DNA of 64,000 nt from Chlamydiota bacterium (GCA_013285965.1 JABDGQ010000002.1:63454-127453); one strand, 5' to 3'; positions 9,059 through 19,559 are shown, counted from the stretch's first letter. A program made the numbers and translations. The notes: a model not told the origin generated them from the sequence alone.

Positions 9059-10204
9059 TTAATCTGCCAAAACTGTTATATCGATTCCAAAAAGCTTAAA
9101 TTTTTCATCAAGAATGGTTTTAAATTCATTTTTTTCAAGATCGCTTTGAAACTGCATACAGATTTTTGCCATTTCTAATGCTTTTTTATATTTACCCTTC
9201 TCAATAAGAGCAATGGCTATTTCTTCATGGACCACTATCCATATGGGACTTTTAGGCACAAATTTTGCTAGCAACTGCTGATTTATAAAACCATTTTCTA
9301 GTATTTGTGCAACAATTATTTTAACATAACAATTTTCTGAACTGCTGATCAATCCTGTTACTTTTTTTGCACAACTTTCAGCTACATCGTAGTGTTTTAA
9401 GTGGAGAAAATGTGTGCACATTTCATCGTATAAATCGATAGGGACATCATCCTTATATGACATTTTGCCCTTTAGAATATTTCCTAATTGCGTATATTTC
9501 ATGGCCTCATCTATTTTATGAACAACAGCGAGTTTTTTGATAATTTCTAGCAATGCTTCTAGACCACTTTTAAGGTCATCAAAAATTAAAGCCAAAGCCA
9601 AGTGGATTAATTCCTTATATTTTTCCAAAAAATTGGCATTGCTAGTCTGATGTATAATTAAATAACACATGACCCTATTTCCTATATAAGAGGAGTAGTG
9701 TTTGGAGAGTTTCTGACAGTGCATAGCAAGTGCATAATCATTATTATCACAAGCTTTTTCACAAAGGTTTTTGAAACTAAAAGCTCCGTTAATAGCATTA
9801 AATTTTGCACTTACGTGTGACGCTGCTAAAGCTGGGCCAAAGCGGTTAGAATTAAATAAATGCATAGCAATGTCATGGTATTTCAATGAACTGCACTTAT
9901 TTATGCTTGAATGTATAGGGATTGAATGTATCGTTTGAGTACGAGCTAGACTGCTTTTGTCAAAGATGCGATACCATATTTTGGTGTGTGCACTAAGTTC
10001 TTTTTTATTGTCTTTGAAAAGCTGTTTCCAAAGGCGATTAATTAGCGGATAACTAATGATGTTATCAAGATTAAAAAAAGCGAAAATGTTTGTTAAAAGA
10101 CCTTGAGATAGTTTATCAAAGTTATTTTTGTTATTAATAGGATTGACTCTATTTGCTGCTTTAAGTTGTGGAGTAGTGTCACGCAGAGCAGCTGCGGTAT
10201 ACAT
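9059..10204 (-). CDS. F-box-like domain protein with a helical-repeat C-terminus (eukaryote-like effector candidate)
   Basis: Residues ~31-64, FDKLSQGLLTNIFAFFNLDNIISYPLINRLWKQLF, fit the F-box consensus (L.xELLxxIFxxLxxxDLxxxxxVxKxWxxL). The rest is predicted helical with no catalytic motif. Confidence 0.55.
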   Translation of the reverse strand: MYTAAALRDTTPQLKAANRVNPINNKNNFDKLSQGLLTNIFAFFNLDNIISYPLINRLWKQLFKDNKKELSAHTKIWYRIFDKSSLARTQTIHSIPIHSSINKCSSLKYHDIAMHLFNSNRFGPALAASHVSAKFNAINGAFSFKNLCEKACDNNDYALAMHCQKLSKHYSSYIGNRVMCYLIIHQTSNANFLEKYKELIHLALALIFDDLKSGLEALLEIIKKLAVVHKIDEAMKYTQLGNILKGKMSYKDDVPIDLYDEMCTHFLHLKHYDVAESCAKKVTGLISSSENCYVKIIVAQILENGFINQQLLAKFVPKSPIWIVVHEEIAIALIEKGKYKKALEMAKICMQFQSDLEKNEFKTILDEKFKLFGIDITVLAD

Positions 10205-10403
10205 GAAAGAAACCTCGATTGCAATAACTTCTGAGTCAACTAAAACTTAATACAAGCCATTTTAAGTGTAGGGTATTAAAAAAAAATTTAAAAATCTACT
10301 TTTAATAACCAAAATGGTTTAATTGCTAGAGTTAAATTTATATATACCGTATTGATATGTGATGCAGTCCGCAATTAAAAAGCAAAAAAGATAGTAGTGA
10401 GCT

Positions 10404-11570
10404 ATGATTTCTATTCCTGGAAGCATACCAATTAAGATTTATCCATTTTTTTGGTTATTAATTTTAATGTTAGGGTGGCTTAGCACCTCTTCGGTTATCG
10501 GTACGATTATTTGGGCTTTAGTGGCACTTTTTTCAGTTTTATTGCATGAATATGGTCATGCCATTAGCGCACGCATGTTTGGCCAGCGTTCTGAGATTCA
10601 CCTGGTGGCTTTAGGCGGTGTTACCCAACGCTATGGTAAAAATTTATCCCCTTGGAAAGAATTTATTATTGTCTTAAACGGACCGTTAGTTGGTTTTATT
10701 GTTTTTTTCATTGCACAATATCTACAGAGTGCCATTGGCTCAACTAAACATCCACTTTTATGGTATGCATTATTGATTGCCAGCAATGTGAATCTGTTTT
10801 GGTCTATTATCAATCTTTTTCCAGTGCTGCCATTAGATGGTGGTCATTTATTGAAAATCATGCTCACCGGTTTATTTGGACAGAAGGGGATAAAGATTGC
10901 TTTGATTGTGGGCGTTTTAATAGCCGCAGCAATTGGTGTATTGAGCTTGGTGATTCAACAACTATGGATGGGAGTCTTGTTTTTAATGATGGCCTTTGAA
11001 AATTATCGAACTTTTAGTGAAATTAAAAACAATGATGTAGAAATAGATGATAATCAAAACTATCAAAAGCTTCATGAATTGATGTTGCAAGCCGTAAAAG
11101 AAGCACAAGATGGTTTACTAGATGATGCATTGCAAAAGCTCAATTATATTCGAGAACAGACTTTGAAGGGTAATTTGTATGTTAGTGCTACACAATATGG
11201 AGCCCATATTTTGACGCAACAGGGACGTTATCAAAAAGCTTATGAATGGCTAATTCCTATAAGAAAACGACTCGGTGATGAATACTTGTATTTATTACAA
11301 CAATTGGCTTATCGCGTGCAACAATGGGAAGAGTCGGTAGAAATAGGGCAAGAAGTTTATCAAAAGCAACCTTCCTGCGATAGCGCCCTGCTTAATGCTT
11401 TTTCATATGCTATTATGGGAAAAAAAACGCCCGCCTTAGGATGGTTGCAATGTGCAGTCCAACATGGGCTGCCTGACGTAATACAAGTTATCCAAAAACG
11501 GGAGTTTGATATTGTTAGAGATTCAACTGAATTTCAAACATGGTTAAAAAAGTTGCAAAACTCAGGTTAA
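10404..11570 (+). CDS. M50 (site-2 protease family) zinc metalloprotease with a C-terminal TPR-like helical domain
   Basis: HEYGHAISARMFG (HExxH) lies in a transmembrane helix. The second motif is NLFPVLPLDGGH. There are multiple TM segments and a soluble helical tail of ~180 aa. Confidence 0.8.
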   Translation: MISIPGSIPIKIYPFFWLLILMLGWLSTSSVIGTIIWALVALFSVLLHEYGHAISARMFGQRSEIHLVALGGVTQRYGKNLSPWKEFIIVLNGPLVGFIVFFIAQYLQSAIGSTKHPLLWYALLIASNVNLFWSIINLFPVLPLDGGHLLKIMLTGLFGQKGIKIALIVGVLIAAAIGVLSLVIQQLWMGVLFLMMAFENYRTFSEIKNNDVEIDDNQNYQKLHELMLQAVKEAQDGLLDDALQKLNYIREQTLKGNLYVSATQYGAHILTQQGRYQKAYEWLIPIRKRLGDEYLYLLQQLAYRVQQWEESVEIGQEVYQKQPSCDSALLNAFSYAIMGKKTPALGWLQCAVQHGLPDVIQVIQKREFDIVRDSTEFQTWLKKLQNSG

Positions 11571-11596
11571 TAGGCTTCACTTCAAAGAAGTCTATT
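11569..11596. terminator. Family A-derived hairpin spanning two convergent stop codons
   Basis: aataggcttc (11569-11578) pairs with gaagtctatt (11587-11596) at 10 bp with one G-U. It overlaps the TAA of the M50 gene and the stop of the DUF378 gene. Confidence 0.55.
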
Positions 11597-11816
11597 GCTC
11601 ATGATTACTTTTGCAACAACTTCTCAAAGCACTGCAGGCAAATAATTGAAAAATAGCTGATAGCCCTACTGCAATATAAATGCTTTTGATAAGTGTTGGC
11701 ATTTGCCCAAAAATTGTTTCTACTAAATTAACATTAAATAAGCCAATTGATCCCCAATTGAGACCGCCAACAATTAATATAATGGCAGTAAGAATATTTA
11801 AAAATTTCATATACAC
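11592..11816 (-). CDS. DUF378 family small membrane protein
   Basis: 74 aa with two TM segments and the GGLNWGSIGLFNVNLVE signature. Confidence 0.75.
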   Translation of the reverse strand: MYMKFLNILTAIILIVGGLNWGSIGLFNVNLVETIFGQMPTLIKSIYIAVGLSAIFQLFACSALRSCCKSNHEQ

Positions 11817-11916
11817 ATCCTCATGTTTTTTACGATATTCACTAGCTTAAAAAAAAATTCTCACAGATAATAACCCTAAGCTTAATAGCAAACATTCAGG
11901 TTAATATCTTAATTTA

Positions 11917-13479
11917 ATGTTTTTTGATTTTATTGCAATGGTGAAATTTATGACAAATTGTTCCCTAAACAAAGCATATTATAAACTACATAGTTTATCT
12001 AAAGCAGCTAGCATATTAGGTTCCGTTCAAGCGCTGCTAGATTGGGATCAAGAAACTTATATGCCTAAAGAAAGTATCGATATTCGCTCACAGCAAATTG
12101 AAATGATAGCTAGTTTAGTACATCGGGATAAGACCAGTAAAACTTTTGCTAAAGCTTTGGCTAAATTAATTGATTTGCCCAGTGGCACGATACTAGATCC
12201 ACTTTTAAGTGATAGTCAAGTTTCAGCGGTGCAAAACTGGCGACGCGATTATTTACAATCCATTAAATTGAGTAATTCTTTTGTTAAGAAATTTGCTCAG
12301 ACAACTGCTAGGGCTGTGCATGCTTGGCAAGCGGCCAAAGAATGTAATGATTTTGCCTTATTTTCCCCACACCTGGAAAAAGTAATTTTATTGAGTCGCA
12401 AAAAAGCCGATGCTTTAGGTTTTAAAGATCATCCCTATGATGCGCTAATGGATATTTATGAACCTGAAATGAGCTCTGCTATTCTCATTCCTATTTTCGC
12501 ACAATTGAAAACGGCATTAACGGCCCTTTTAAAGAAAATCACACTAAAAAAACCATTTAACGATGAATTTCTTTACCAAAATTGCACCAAAGATAAGCAA
12601 CTAAATTTTGCAAATAAAATATTGCATAGTATGGGATTTGAGCCTCATGTTTGGCGACTAGACATCTCCAATCATCCCTTTTGTGCTACAGTGCATCCTA
12701 GAGATACCCGTATGACTACATTGGTACATCCAGAAAATATCATGTTCAGTATTGGATCGGTCATGCATGAGGGTGGGCATGGGTTATATAACATGAATTT
12801 GCCTGGTGCACATTACGGATCACCTCTGTGCGAACAAATCTCATTGGGTATTGATGAAAGTCAATCACGCTGGTGGGAGACTCTAATTGGTCAAAGTTTT
12901 CCATTTTGGCAACATTTTTATCCTCTTTTGCAAGTAGAATTTCCCCATCAATTTGGTAATATATCGCTTGCAGTTTTTTATCAGGCTGTCAATGCCGTTA
13001 AACCTGGTTTTATCCGTATAGAGGCTGATGAAGTTTCTTACAATCTACACGTTATTATTCGCTTTGAGCTTGAAAAAGCTTTGATTGATGGTACTTTGAA
13101 AGTAAAAGAATTGCCAGAGGCTTGGAATAGTAAAATGCACTCTTATCTAGGTATAACACCCCCTTCAAACCAGCAAGGATGCTTGCAAGATATACACTGG
13201 GCATGTGGTTATATTGGATATTTTCCTACCTATACCCTTGGTAATCTATATTCAGTACAATTTTTTAAAGCTTTTGAAAAAGCACATCCACGTTGGCAGG
13301 AACAAGTAGCACAAGGGTCGTTAGATTTTATCAGTCAGTGGTTAAAAGAAAATATACATCAGTATGGCCGTCAGTACAACTCTTTGCAATTATGCCAAAA
13401 GGTGACAGGTGAGGGATTGAAGCAAGATTCATATATGAATTATCTAACCACAAAATATAGTAAACTTTACGACTGTTAA
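11917..13479 (+). CDS. Carboxypeptidase Taq-like M32 metallopeptidase
   Basis: HEGGHGLY (HExxH), IRIEADEVSYNLHVIIRFELE and DIHWACGYIGYFPTYTLGNLY. The true start may be the ATG at 11938 or 11950. Confidence 0.85.
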   Translation: MFFDFIAMVKFMTNCSLNKAYYKLHSLSKAASILGSVQALLDWDQETYMPKESIDIRSQQIEMIASLVHRDKTSKTFAKALAKLIDLPSGTILDPLLSDSQVSAVQNWRRDYLQSIKLSNSFVKKFAQTTARAVHAWQAAKECNDFALFSPHLEKVILLSRKKADALGFKDHPYDALMDIYEPEMSSAILIPIFAQLKTALTALLKKITLKKPFNDEFLYQNCTKDKQLNFANKILHSMGFEPHVWRLDISNHPFCATVHPRDTRMTTLVHPENIMFSIGSVMHEGGHGLYNMNLPGAHYGSPLCEQISLGIDESQSRWWETLIGQSFPFWQHFYPLLQVEFPHQFGNISLAVFYQAVNAVKPGFIRIEADEVSYNLHVIIRFELEKALIDGTLKVKELPEAWNSKMHSYLGITPPSNQQGCLQDIHWACGYIGYFPTYTLGNLYSVQFFKAFEKAHPRWQEQVAQGSLDFISQWLKENIHQYGRQYNSLQLCQKVTGEGLKQDSYMNYLTTKYSKLYDC

Positions 13480-13498
13480 TTAAATCAAAGGTAATATT

Positions 13499-13960
13499 AT
13501 GTTAATTCAATCAGTTTTTAAAGAGCAGCAGCCTATCCCTATTGTTTATACTTGCAAGGGAAAGAACATAGCCCCTCCATTGCAATTCTATGATATTCCG
13601 CCCCATACCCAAAGTTTAGTTCTAATCATGGATGATCCTGATGCTCCCAAAGGGACTTTTGATCACTGGATTGTATGGAATATTCCACCGCAATTAACTA
13701 ATCTTTCCGAAGGAGCTATGGAGCTGCAAAAGATATCTCCAGCACCTAAATTTGGGGCAAATAGTTATGGTAAGCTGAATTATCAAGGTCCTTGCCCACC
13801 ACCAGGCAAAGTGCATCACTATCACTTTAAACTCTATGCTCTTGATAGCCTACTTGATTTACAAGAAGGTGCTAAAAAAAGTGATGTCGAGCAGATGATG
13901 CGCTCGCACATAATTGAGCAGGCAGAATTGATTGGCATATTTAGCTCAGAAATGGTATAG
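13499..13960 (+). CDS. YbhB/YbcL family phosphatidylethanolamine-binding (PEBP) protein
   Basis: MDDPDAPKGTFDHWIVWNI and GPCPPPGKVHHYHFKLYAL are the PEBP signatures. Confidence 0.85.
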   Translation: MLIQSVFKEQQPIPIVYTCKGKNIAPPLQFYDIPPHTQSLVLIMDDPDAPKGTFDHWIVWNIPPQLTNLSEGAMELQKISPAPKFGANSYGKLNYQGPCPPPGKVHHYHFKLYALDSLLDLQEGAKKSDVEQMMRSHIIEQAELIGIFSSEMV

Positions 13961-14010
13961 TTTTCAAGAGTGATAAATCATCATATACTTTTGAAAACAA
14001 GAGCAGTTTA

Positions 14011-15186
14011 ATGGCTTCAGCGCAACGAGTAATCTTGAAAAAAGGCAAAGAAAAGCCTATTTTACAACGCCACCCATGGATTTTTTCCGGCGCTATTCAC
14101 CACTTTCCCGCCTGTTCTAATGGCGAGCTTTTGCCTGTATACTCAGCTAATGATCAATTGCTAGGAACAGGCTATTTTAATCATGGCATGAGTTTGGCAG
14201 GGAGAATGATTGCTTTTGGCGATGCTGATCCTCTGCAACGCTTAAATGAGCTTTTAAGTTTTGCTTTACAGATGCGTCAATATTTATTTTCTTTTAAAGA
14301 GACTAATGCTTATCGCCTTGTCAATGGTGAGGGTGATGGAATACCAGGTTTAATCATTGACGTTTATGATCAAGTGGTAGTATTGCAATCGTGTACGCAT
14401 GGGGTCGATCGTCTTAAATCACAGATTGTGGAATGGTTAAAAACTAACCTTCAACCCCGTACAATTTACGAAAAATCATGCTCTAGTGCTCGGCGAGCTG
14501 AAAAATTAGCTGACCAGCAGGGCTTACTTTATGGCGATATGCAAGATGAGGTAACGTTTAAGGAAAATGGCTTGCGTTTTACTATTTCATTGAGCAATTC
14601 ACAAAAAACTGGATTTTTTTTAGATCAGCGTGAAATGCGTTTGTGGGTGCAACATTTAGCACGTGGTAAAAAAATACTCAATGCTTTTTCCTATACCGGT
14701 GCTTTTTCAATATATGCCTTAGCCGGTAAGGCTGCATCGGTTGATTCAGTCGATATTTCGCAAGAAGCGTTAACGCAGGCCCAACAACATGTACAACAAA
14801 ATGAATTAAGCTCTACAAATTGCAATTTTTTTTGTGAAGATGTTTTTACATTTTTGCGTACACGTCCTTTGGAGTATGATATAGTGATTTTAGATCCACC
14901 TGCATTTGCTAAAAAAGCCAAAGATGTAATTGCTGCTTGTCGTGGCTATAAGGAAATCAACCGCCTGGCCATGCAAAAAATGCCCTCAAAATCATTGCTT
15001 TTGACAACATCATGTTCATATTATGTTGACGAGGCATTATTTCAAAAAGTGCTTTTTCAGTCAGCCCTTGAGGCAAATAGACAAGTGCGTATTATAGGAA
15101 AACATCGTTATGCTCCGGATCACCCCATAAACCTATTTCATCCGGAAAGTCAATATATCAAAAGTTTTTTATTATTCATTGAATAA
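14011..15186 (+). CDS. rlmI: Class I SAM-dependent rRNA methyltransferase, RlmI-like (PUA + MTase)
   Basis: HPWIFSGAI at the N-terminus, QKTGFFLDQRE, and ILDPPAFAK (motif IV-like). Length ~390 aa. Confidence 0.75.
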   Translation: MASAQRVILKKGKEKPILQRHPWIFSGAIHHFPACSNGELLPVYSANDQLLGTGYFNHGMSLAGRMIAFGDADPLQRLNELLSFALQMRQYLFSFKETNAYRLVNGEGDGIPGLIIDVYDQVVVLQSCTHGVDRLKSQIVEWLKTNLQPRTIYEKSCSSARRAEKLADQQGLLYGDMQDEVTFKENGLRFTISLSNSQKTGFFLDQREMRLWVQHLARGKKILNAFSYTGAFSIYALAGKAASVDSVDISQEALTQAQQHVQQNELSSTNCNFFCEDVFTFLRTRPLEYDIVILDPPAFAKKAKDVIAACRGYKEINRLAMQKMPSKSLLLTTSCSYYVDEALFQKVLFQSALEANRQVRIIGKHRYAPDHPINLFHPESQYIKSFLLFIE

Positions 15187-15230
15187 CTGCGCTAGCTGTT
15201 AATGTGAGTGCAAAATTAGGAAATAAACAG

Positions 15231-17768
15231 ATGAAATACGACCATCGTAAGATAGAAGCCAAATGGCAAAAATATTGGGAAAACAAGCAAACGTTTAAGA
15301 CATCAAATACTTCTGATAAGCCAAAATATTATGTTTTGGATATGTTTCCTTATCCATCCGGTTCAGGCTTGCATGTTGGTCATGTGGAAGGTTACACGGC
15401 TACTGATATTCTAGCACGCTACAAAAGAGCTAAAGGCTTTAATGTTCTCCATCCGATGGGGTGGGATAGTTTTGGTCTGCCAGCTGAACAGTATGCCATT
15501 CGCACAGGTACTCATCCGGCTATTGCTACCTATAAAAATATCGAAACTTTTCGCAAGCAACTACGTTCATTAGGATTTAGTTATGATTGGGATCGTGAAA
15601 TAGCTACTAGTGATCCCACTTATTATAAGTGGACGCAATGGATTTTTACTAAATTATATGAAAAGGGATTGGCATACGAAGCTGAAATCGCAGTTAATTT
15701 TTGCCCAGCTCTAGGCACTGTACTTGCAAATGAAGAGGTTGAAAATGGACGTTCCAAAGAGGGTGGACACCCAATCGAGCGACGACCTTTGCGGCAATGG
15801 ATACTAAAAATTACAGCATATGCTGAACGGTTGATTGAAGATTTAGATTTATTAGACTGGCCCGATAGTTTAAAAAAATTGCAAACGAACTGGATTGGCA
15901 AAAGTGAAGGGGCTTATGTTGATTTTGTAGAAGCGAGCACACAAAAAACAATAACAGTTTTTACAACTCGCCCAGACACTCTTTTTGGGGCCACCTATAT
16001 GGTATTAGCACCCGAACACCCCCTTATCGCAAGTATTGTGACACAGCCACAGAAAGAATCTGTCTCTGCTTATCAGAAAAATACACTCAGTAAGAGTGAT
16101 TTTGATCGTACTGAATTAAATTTAGCAAAAAGTGGTGTTTTTACAGGTGCTTATGCCATAAATCCAGTGAATGGTGAACGGATACCAATCTGGATTGCCG
16201 ATTATGTGCTTATGCATTATGGTAGTGGAGCTATTATGGCAGTACCAGCGCATGATGAGCGCGATTTTGCCTTTGCTAAAACTTACGGTATTCCAATTAA
16301 AGCTGTCTATGATCCCATCGAAGAGAGCACAGAGGTGCGAGCACAAGTTATAAATGGTACTCAATGTTGGACTGGTGATGGTTTGCTCATCAATAGTGTG
16401 CATAAAGATTTATCTTGGGATAATTTGTCATGTAGCGCTGCTAAGAAAAGTAGTGTTGCCTGGTTAGAAAAAAGTGGCAAGGGTAAAGGGGCCGTGACTT
16501 ACAAGTTGCGCGATTGGTTGTTCTCAAGACAACGTTATTGGGGCGAACCATTTCCTTTGCTGAAGTTTGCTGACAATACCATTCGCTGTTTAGATGAATC
16601 AGAGCTACCTTTATGCCCGCCGCAATTGGAAAATTATAAACCGACAGTAGATGGACAGAGTCCCTTAGCACAAGCGCACGATTGGGTAAATATTATTGAT
16701 GAAAAAACGGGTCAAGCCGCTCAACGCGAAACTCATATTATGCCACAATGGGCAGGTTCATGTTGGTATTATTTACGCTTTTGCGACCCACACAATGAAG
16801 ATAAGGCCTGGGGTGCTGATGCAGAACGCTATTGGCTACCTGTCGATATGTACATTGGCGGCGTAGAACATGCAGTCCTTCATTTACTCTATGCGCGCTT
16901 CTGGCATAAAGTCTTGTATGATTGTGGTGAGGTGCATACTCTTGAACCTTTTAAAACATTGCGCAATCAAGGAATTATTGTAGCACGTTCATATCAGAAA
17001 GCTAATCGCGCTTACGTTGCCCCTGAGTATGTGATTGAAAAAGAGGGGAAATACTACGAAGTTCATACCGGCGAAGAGTTGACAAGTCAGATCGAAAAAA
17101 TGTCCAAATCAAAACTGAACGGCGTTACCCCTGATGAGATCATTGCTGAATATGGCGCGGACTCATTACGCCTTTATGAGATGTTTATGGGGCCTCTTGA
17201 AAAAGAGAAAATTTGGAATACCGATGCTGTTTCTGGCTGTAGACGCTTTTTAAATCGCTTTTATGAGCTTGTCTTCTCAGAGCGTGTAAATGATACACTT
17301 TCTGAAGAAGCACTCAAATTAGGTCATCGCCTTGTATACGGGGTGGCTAAGGACATTGAAGCAATGCAATTTAATACGGCTATTGCAAAAATGATGGAGT
17401 TTATTAATGCATTTGTACAGCTACCAACTTACCCACGTTCTGTCCTTAAAATGGCAGTACAAGCCCTAGCCCCTTTTGCTCCCCATTTAGCTGAGGAATT
17501 ATGGGAGCAGTTGGGTGCGACAGAAATACTAAGCTTTACTCCGTTCCCTGAAGCGGAAAAAAAATATTTACATGATGATATGTTGACTTATGTCATACAG
17601 ATTAATGGAAAATTACGTGCTCGCATAGAATTGCCGCAAAATCAATCACAAGAGATTACTTTGCGCCACGCTCTTGAAAATGAGCGTATCGCCATTTTGA
17701 TTGGTGATAAAAAGATTGCTAAGGTAATTTTTGTTCCTAATAAATTACTTAATATCGTAATCACCTGA
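15231..17768 (+). CDS. leuS: Leucyl-tRNA synthetase
   Basis: PYPSGSGLHVGHVEGY (HIGH region), KMSKSKLN (KMSKS) and an editing domain. The start is set at the MKYDHRKIEAKWQKYW ATG at 15231, which has AGGA upstream. Confidence 0.97.
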   Translation: MKYDHRKIEAKWQKYWENKQTFKTSNTSDKPKYYVLDMFPYPSGSGLHVGHVEGYTATDILARYKRAKGFNVLHPMGWDSFGLPAEQYAIRTGTHPAIATYKNIETFRKQLRSLGFSYDWDREIATSDPTYYKWTQWIFTKLYEKGLAYEAEIAVNFCPALGTVLANEEVENGRSKEGGHPIERRPLRQWILKITAYAERLIEDLDLLDWPDSLKKLQTNWIGKSEGAYVDFVEASTQKTITVFTTRPDTLFGATYMVLAPEHPLIASIVTQPQKESVSAYQKNTLSKSDFDRTELNLAKSGVFTGAYAINPVNGERIPIWIADYVLMHYGSGAIMAVPAHDERDFAFAKTYGIPIKAVYDPIEESTEVRAQVINGTQCWTGDGLLINSVHKDLSWDNLSCSAAKKSSVAWLEKSGKGKGAVTYKLRDWLFSRQRYWGEPFPLLKFADNTIRCLDESELPLCPPQLENYKPTVDGQSPLAQAHDWVNIIDEKTGQAAQRETHIMPQWAGSCWYYLRFCDPHNEDKAWGADAERYWLPVDMYIGGVEHAVLHLLYARFWHKVLYDCGEVHTLEPFKTLRNQGIIVARSYQKANRAYVAPEYVIEKEGKYYEVHTGEELTSQIEKMSKSKLNGVTPDEIIAEYGADSLRLYEMFMGPLEKEKIWNTDAVSGCRRFLNRFYELVFSERVNDTLSEEALKLGHRLVYGVAKDIEAMQFNTAIAKMMEFINAFVQLPTYPRSVLKMAVQALAPFAPHLAEELWEQLGATEILSFTPFPEAEKKYLHDDMLTYVIQINGKLRARIELPQNQSQEITLRHALENERIAILIGDKKIAKVIFVPNKLLNIVIT

Positions 17769-17805
17769 AATTTGATTTTTTTGACCTTTGGGACAGCTTT
17801 TAAAT

Positions 17806-17828
17806 AGACTTCTTTCCGAAAGAAGTCT
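17806..17828. terminator. Family A palindrome between convergent leuS and the methyltransferase gene
   Basis: agacttcttt-ccg-aaagaagtct forms a perfect 10-bp stem. Confidence 0.6.
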
Positions 17829-17835
17829 TTAATTT

Positions 17836-18600
17836 TTATCGCTTACAAGCAGCAATGGCCATAAACATCGGAATTTCCTCGCGACTGCGATTTTCCATTT
17901 TGGCAGCCCCACCTTCGCTAGTTTTATCAGAGCACCACTCTTCAATCAGATTAATAACAAAGCCAGCTTCGTGCAACCAACGGCTATAATCCATCAGAGG
18001 ATGATGGAACGACCAGGTTTGAGGTGAATTTTGACCTTGACTAGGATGAGTCTGAATGGGAATTTTCATATTAGACATATAGCGATTAATGCGTCTAAAT
18101 TGCATTTTATTGGCCTGATCTACTTGCCAAGAGGATTGTCGCGGTATTCGGAAGCAGGGGTGATTAATGACAACTACAAAAGTTCCTTTGGATTGCAAAT
18201 ATTTAAAAGCGTTTTCAAATACTTTTAAAGGAAATTCAATGTTTTGAGCGGCTAAAATTAAAGTGGCGTGTGAGAATGATTCTGGCGGTAAGGCTAGTGG
18301 CTTAATAACGTCGGCATGTACAAATTTACAAGGACGCTTGTGTTGATAACTTTGTGCTGCTTTGATTAATTGTGCGGCAGCATCAACACCTACATAAGAG
18401 GCGGCGGCTGGCAAATGACGACTAAGAACGCCTTGACCACAGGCTAAATCCAATAAATTTACTGTTTTACCTTCAACTAAGTTAAGTAATTTCAGGACAC
18501 CAGGTATGACAATGCTCTGGTGGTAATGGTGCCCATGTGTGCCCACAATTTGATTATACCATTTACCTACGTTTTCCCAGTCTGTCGAATTTTTATGCAT
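17836..18600 (-). CDS. Class I SAM-dependent methyltransferase
   Basis: Motif I LLDLACGQGVLSRHL and an acidic loop after beta-2 (VGVDAA). Substrate unknown. Confidence 0.7.
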   Translation of the reverse strand: MHKNSTDWENVGKWYNQIVGTHGHHYHQSIVIPGVLKLLNLVEGKTVNLLDLACGQGVLSRHLPAAASYVGVDAAAQLIKAAQSYQHKRPCKFVHADVIKPLALPPESFSHATLILAAQNIEFPLKVFENAFKYLQSKGTFVVVINHPCFRIPRQSSWQVDQANKMQFRRINRYMSNMKIPIQTHPSQGQNSPQTWSFHHPLMDYSRWLHEAGFVINLIEEWCSDKTSEGGAAKMENRSREEIPMFMAIAACKR

Positions 18601-18620
18601 TACTAATTCCTAATCAGTGC

Positions 18621-19559
18621 TTATAATAAATTATTAACAAATGTTTGCGCATCAAAGGCTTCTAGATCTTGCAACCCTTCGCCTGTACCAATAAACTTAA
18701 TAGGAATTTTCAATTCTTTTTGAATCGCTATGGCGATGCCCCCTTTCGCTGTACCATCCAATTTGGTAAGAATAATGCCTGAAAGCGGTGTGAATTTATG
18801 AAATTGGCGTGCTTGTTCGATAGCGTTTTGACCAGTGGTTGCATCTAGTACTAAAAATGTTTCATCTGGCATATGCCCTGCGGCTTTTTGAGAGGAGCGT
18901 TTTATCTTTTCAAGTTCTTGCATTAGTGGAATTTTAGTATGTAATCTACCAGCGGTATCTATTAGAACATAATCGATTTGCCTAGCTTTGGCCGCGCAAA
19001 TGGCATCAAAGGCCACTGCCGCAGGGTCACTTTTTAGATTACCTCTTACAATATCGACATTAATTTTTTGGGCCCATATTTCTAACTGTTCACAAGCAGC
19101 AGCACGAAAAGTATCGGCGGCAGCTAATAGTACTTTTTTACCACTCATTTGCAATAAATTAGCTAGTTTTGCCACTGAGGTTGTTTTACCATTACCGTTA
19201 ACACCCACCATCATAATGATAGTAGGGACGTTTGGCGCAGCTACGGCGCTTTTATTTATCACAGATGCTTCTGCTGAGGTAGTCAATATTTCCAATAACT
19301 CTGCACGTATCGCCTTAAGATAATCATTTGTGTTCCAAGATGGATTTAGACGATGTAGATGGCGCATTTTATCGGCTAAGTCCGCGGCTGTACGTGCTCC
19401 AAAATCGGCTTCATAAAACAATTGTTCTAATTTATCTAATGTCTGTGCGTTTATGCCACCATGTAATAGGGTGTGAATTTGATCGCCTAAGTAAGTGCGC
19501 GCCTTGGTTAAGGCACTCTTTACTTTCGCAAAACTAGATTTAATTAACTGTAATACCAT
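18621..19559 (-). CDS. ftsY: Signal recognition particle receptor FtsY (short form, NG domain only)
   Basis: GVNGNGKTTSVAKLA (G1), DTAGR (G3), TKLDGTAKGG (G4). Confidence 0.92.
   Translation of the reverse strand: MVLQLIKSSFAKVKSALTKARTYLGDQIHTLLHGGINAQTLDKLEQLFYEADFGARTAADLADKMRHLHRLNPSWNTNDYLKAIRAELLEILTTSAEASVINKSAVAAPNVPTIIMMVGVNGNGKTTSVAKLANLLQMSGKKVLLAAADTFRAAACEQLEIWAQKINVDIVRGNLKSDPAAVAFDAICAAKARQIDYVLIDTAGRLHTKIPLMQELEKIKRSSQKAAGHMPDETFLVLDATTGQNAIEQARQFHKFTPLSGIILTKLDGTAKGGIAIAIQKELKIPIKFIGTGEGLQDLEAFDAQTFVNNLL

Noticed and set aside
13960-13997. Inverted repeat gttttcaa...ttgaaaac after the PEBP gene, considered as a terminator or family A relative.
   Set aside because: The stem is only 8 bp with a 22-nt loop and no T tract. 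Similarity to family A is limited to ttttSaaa.
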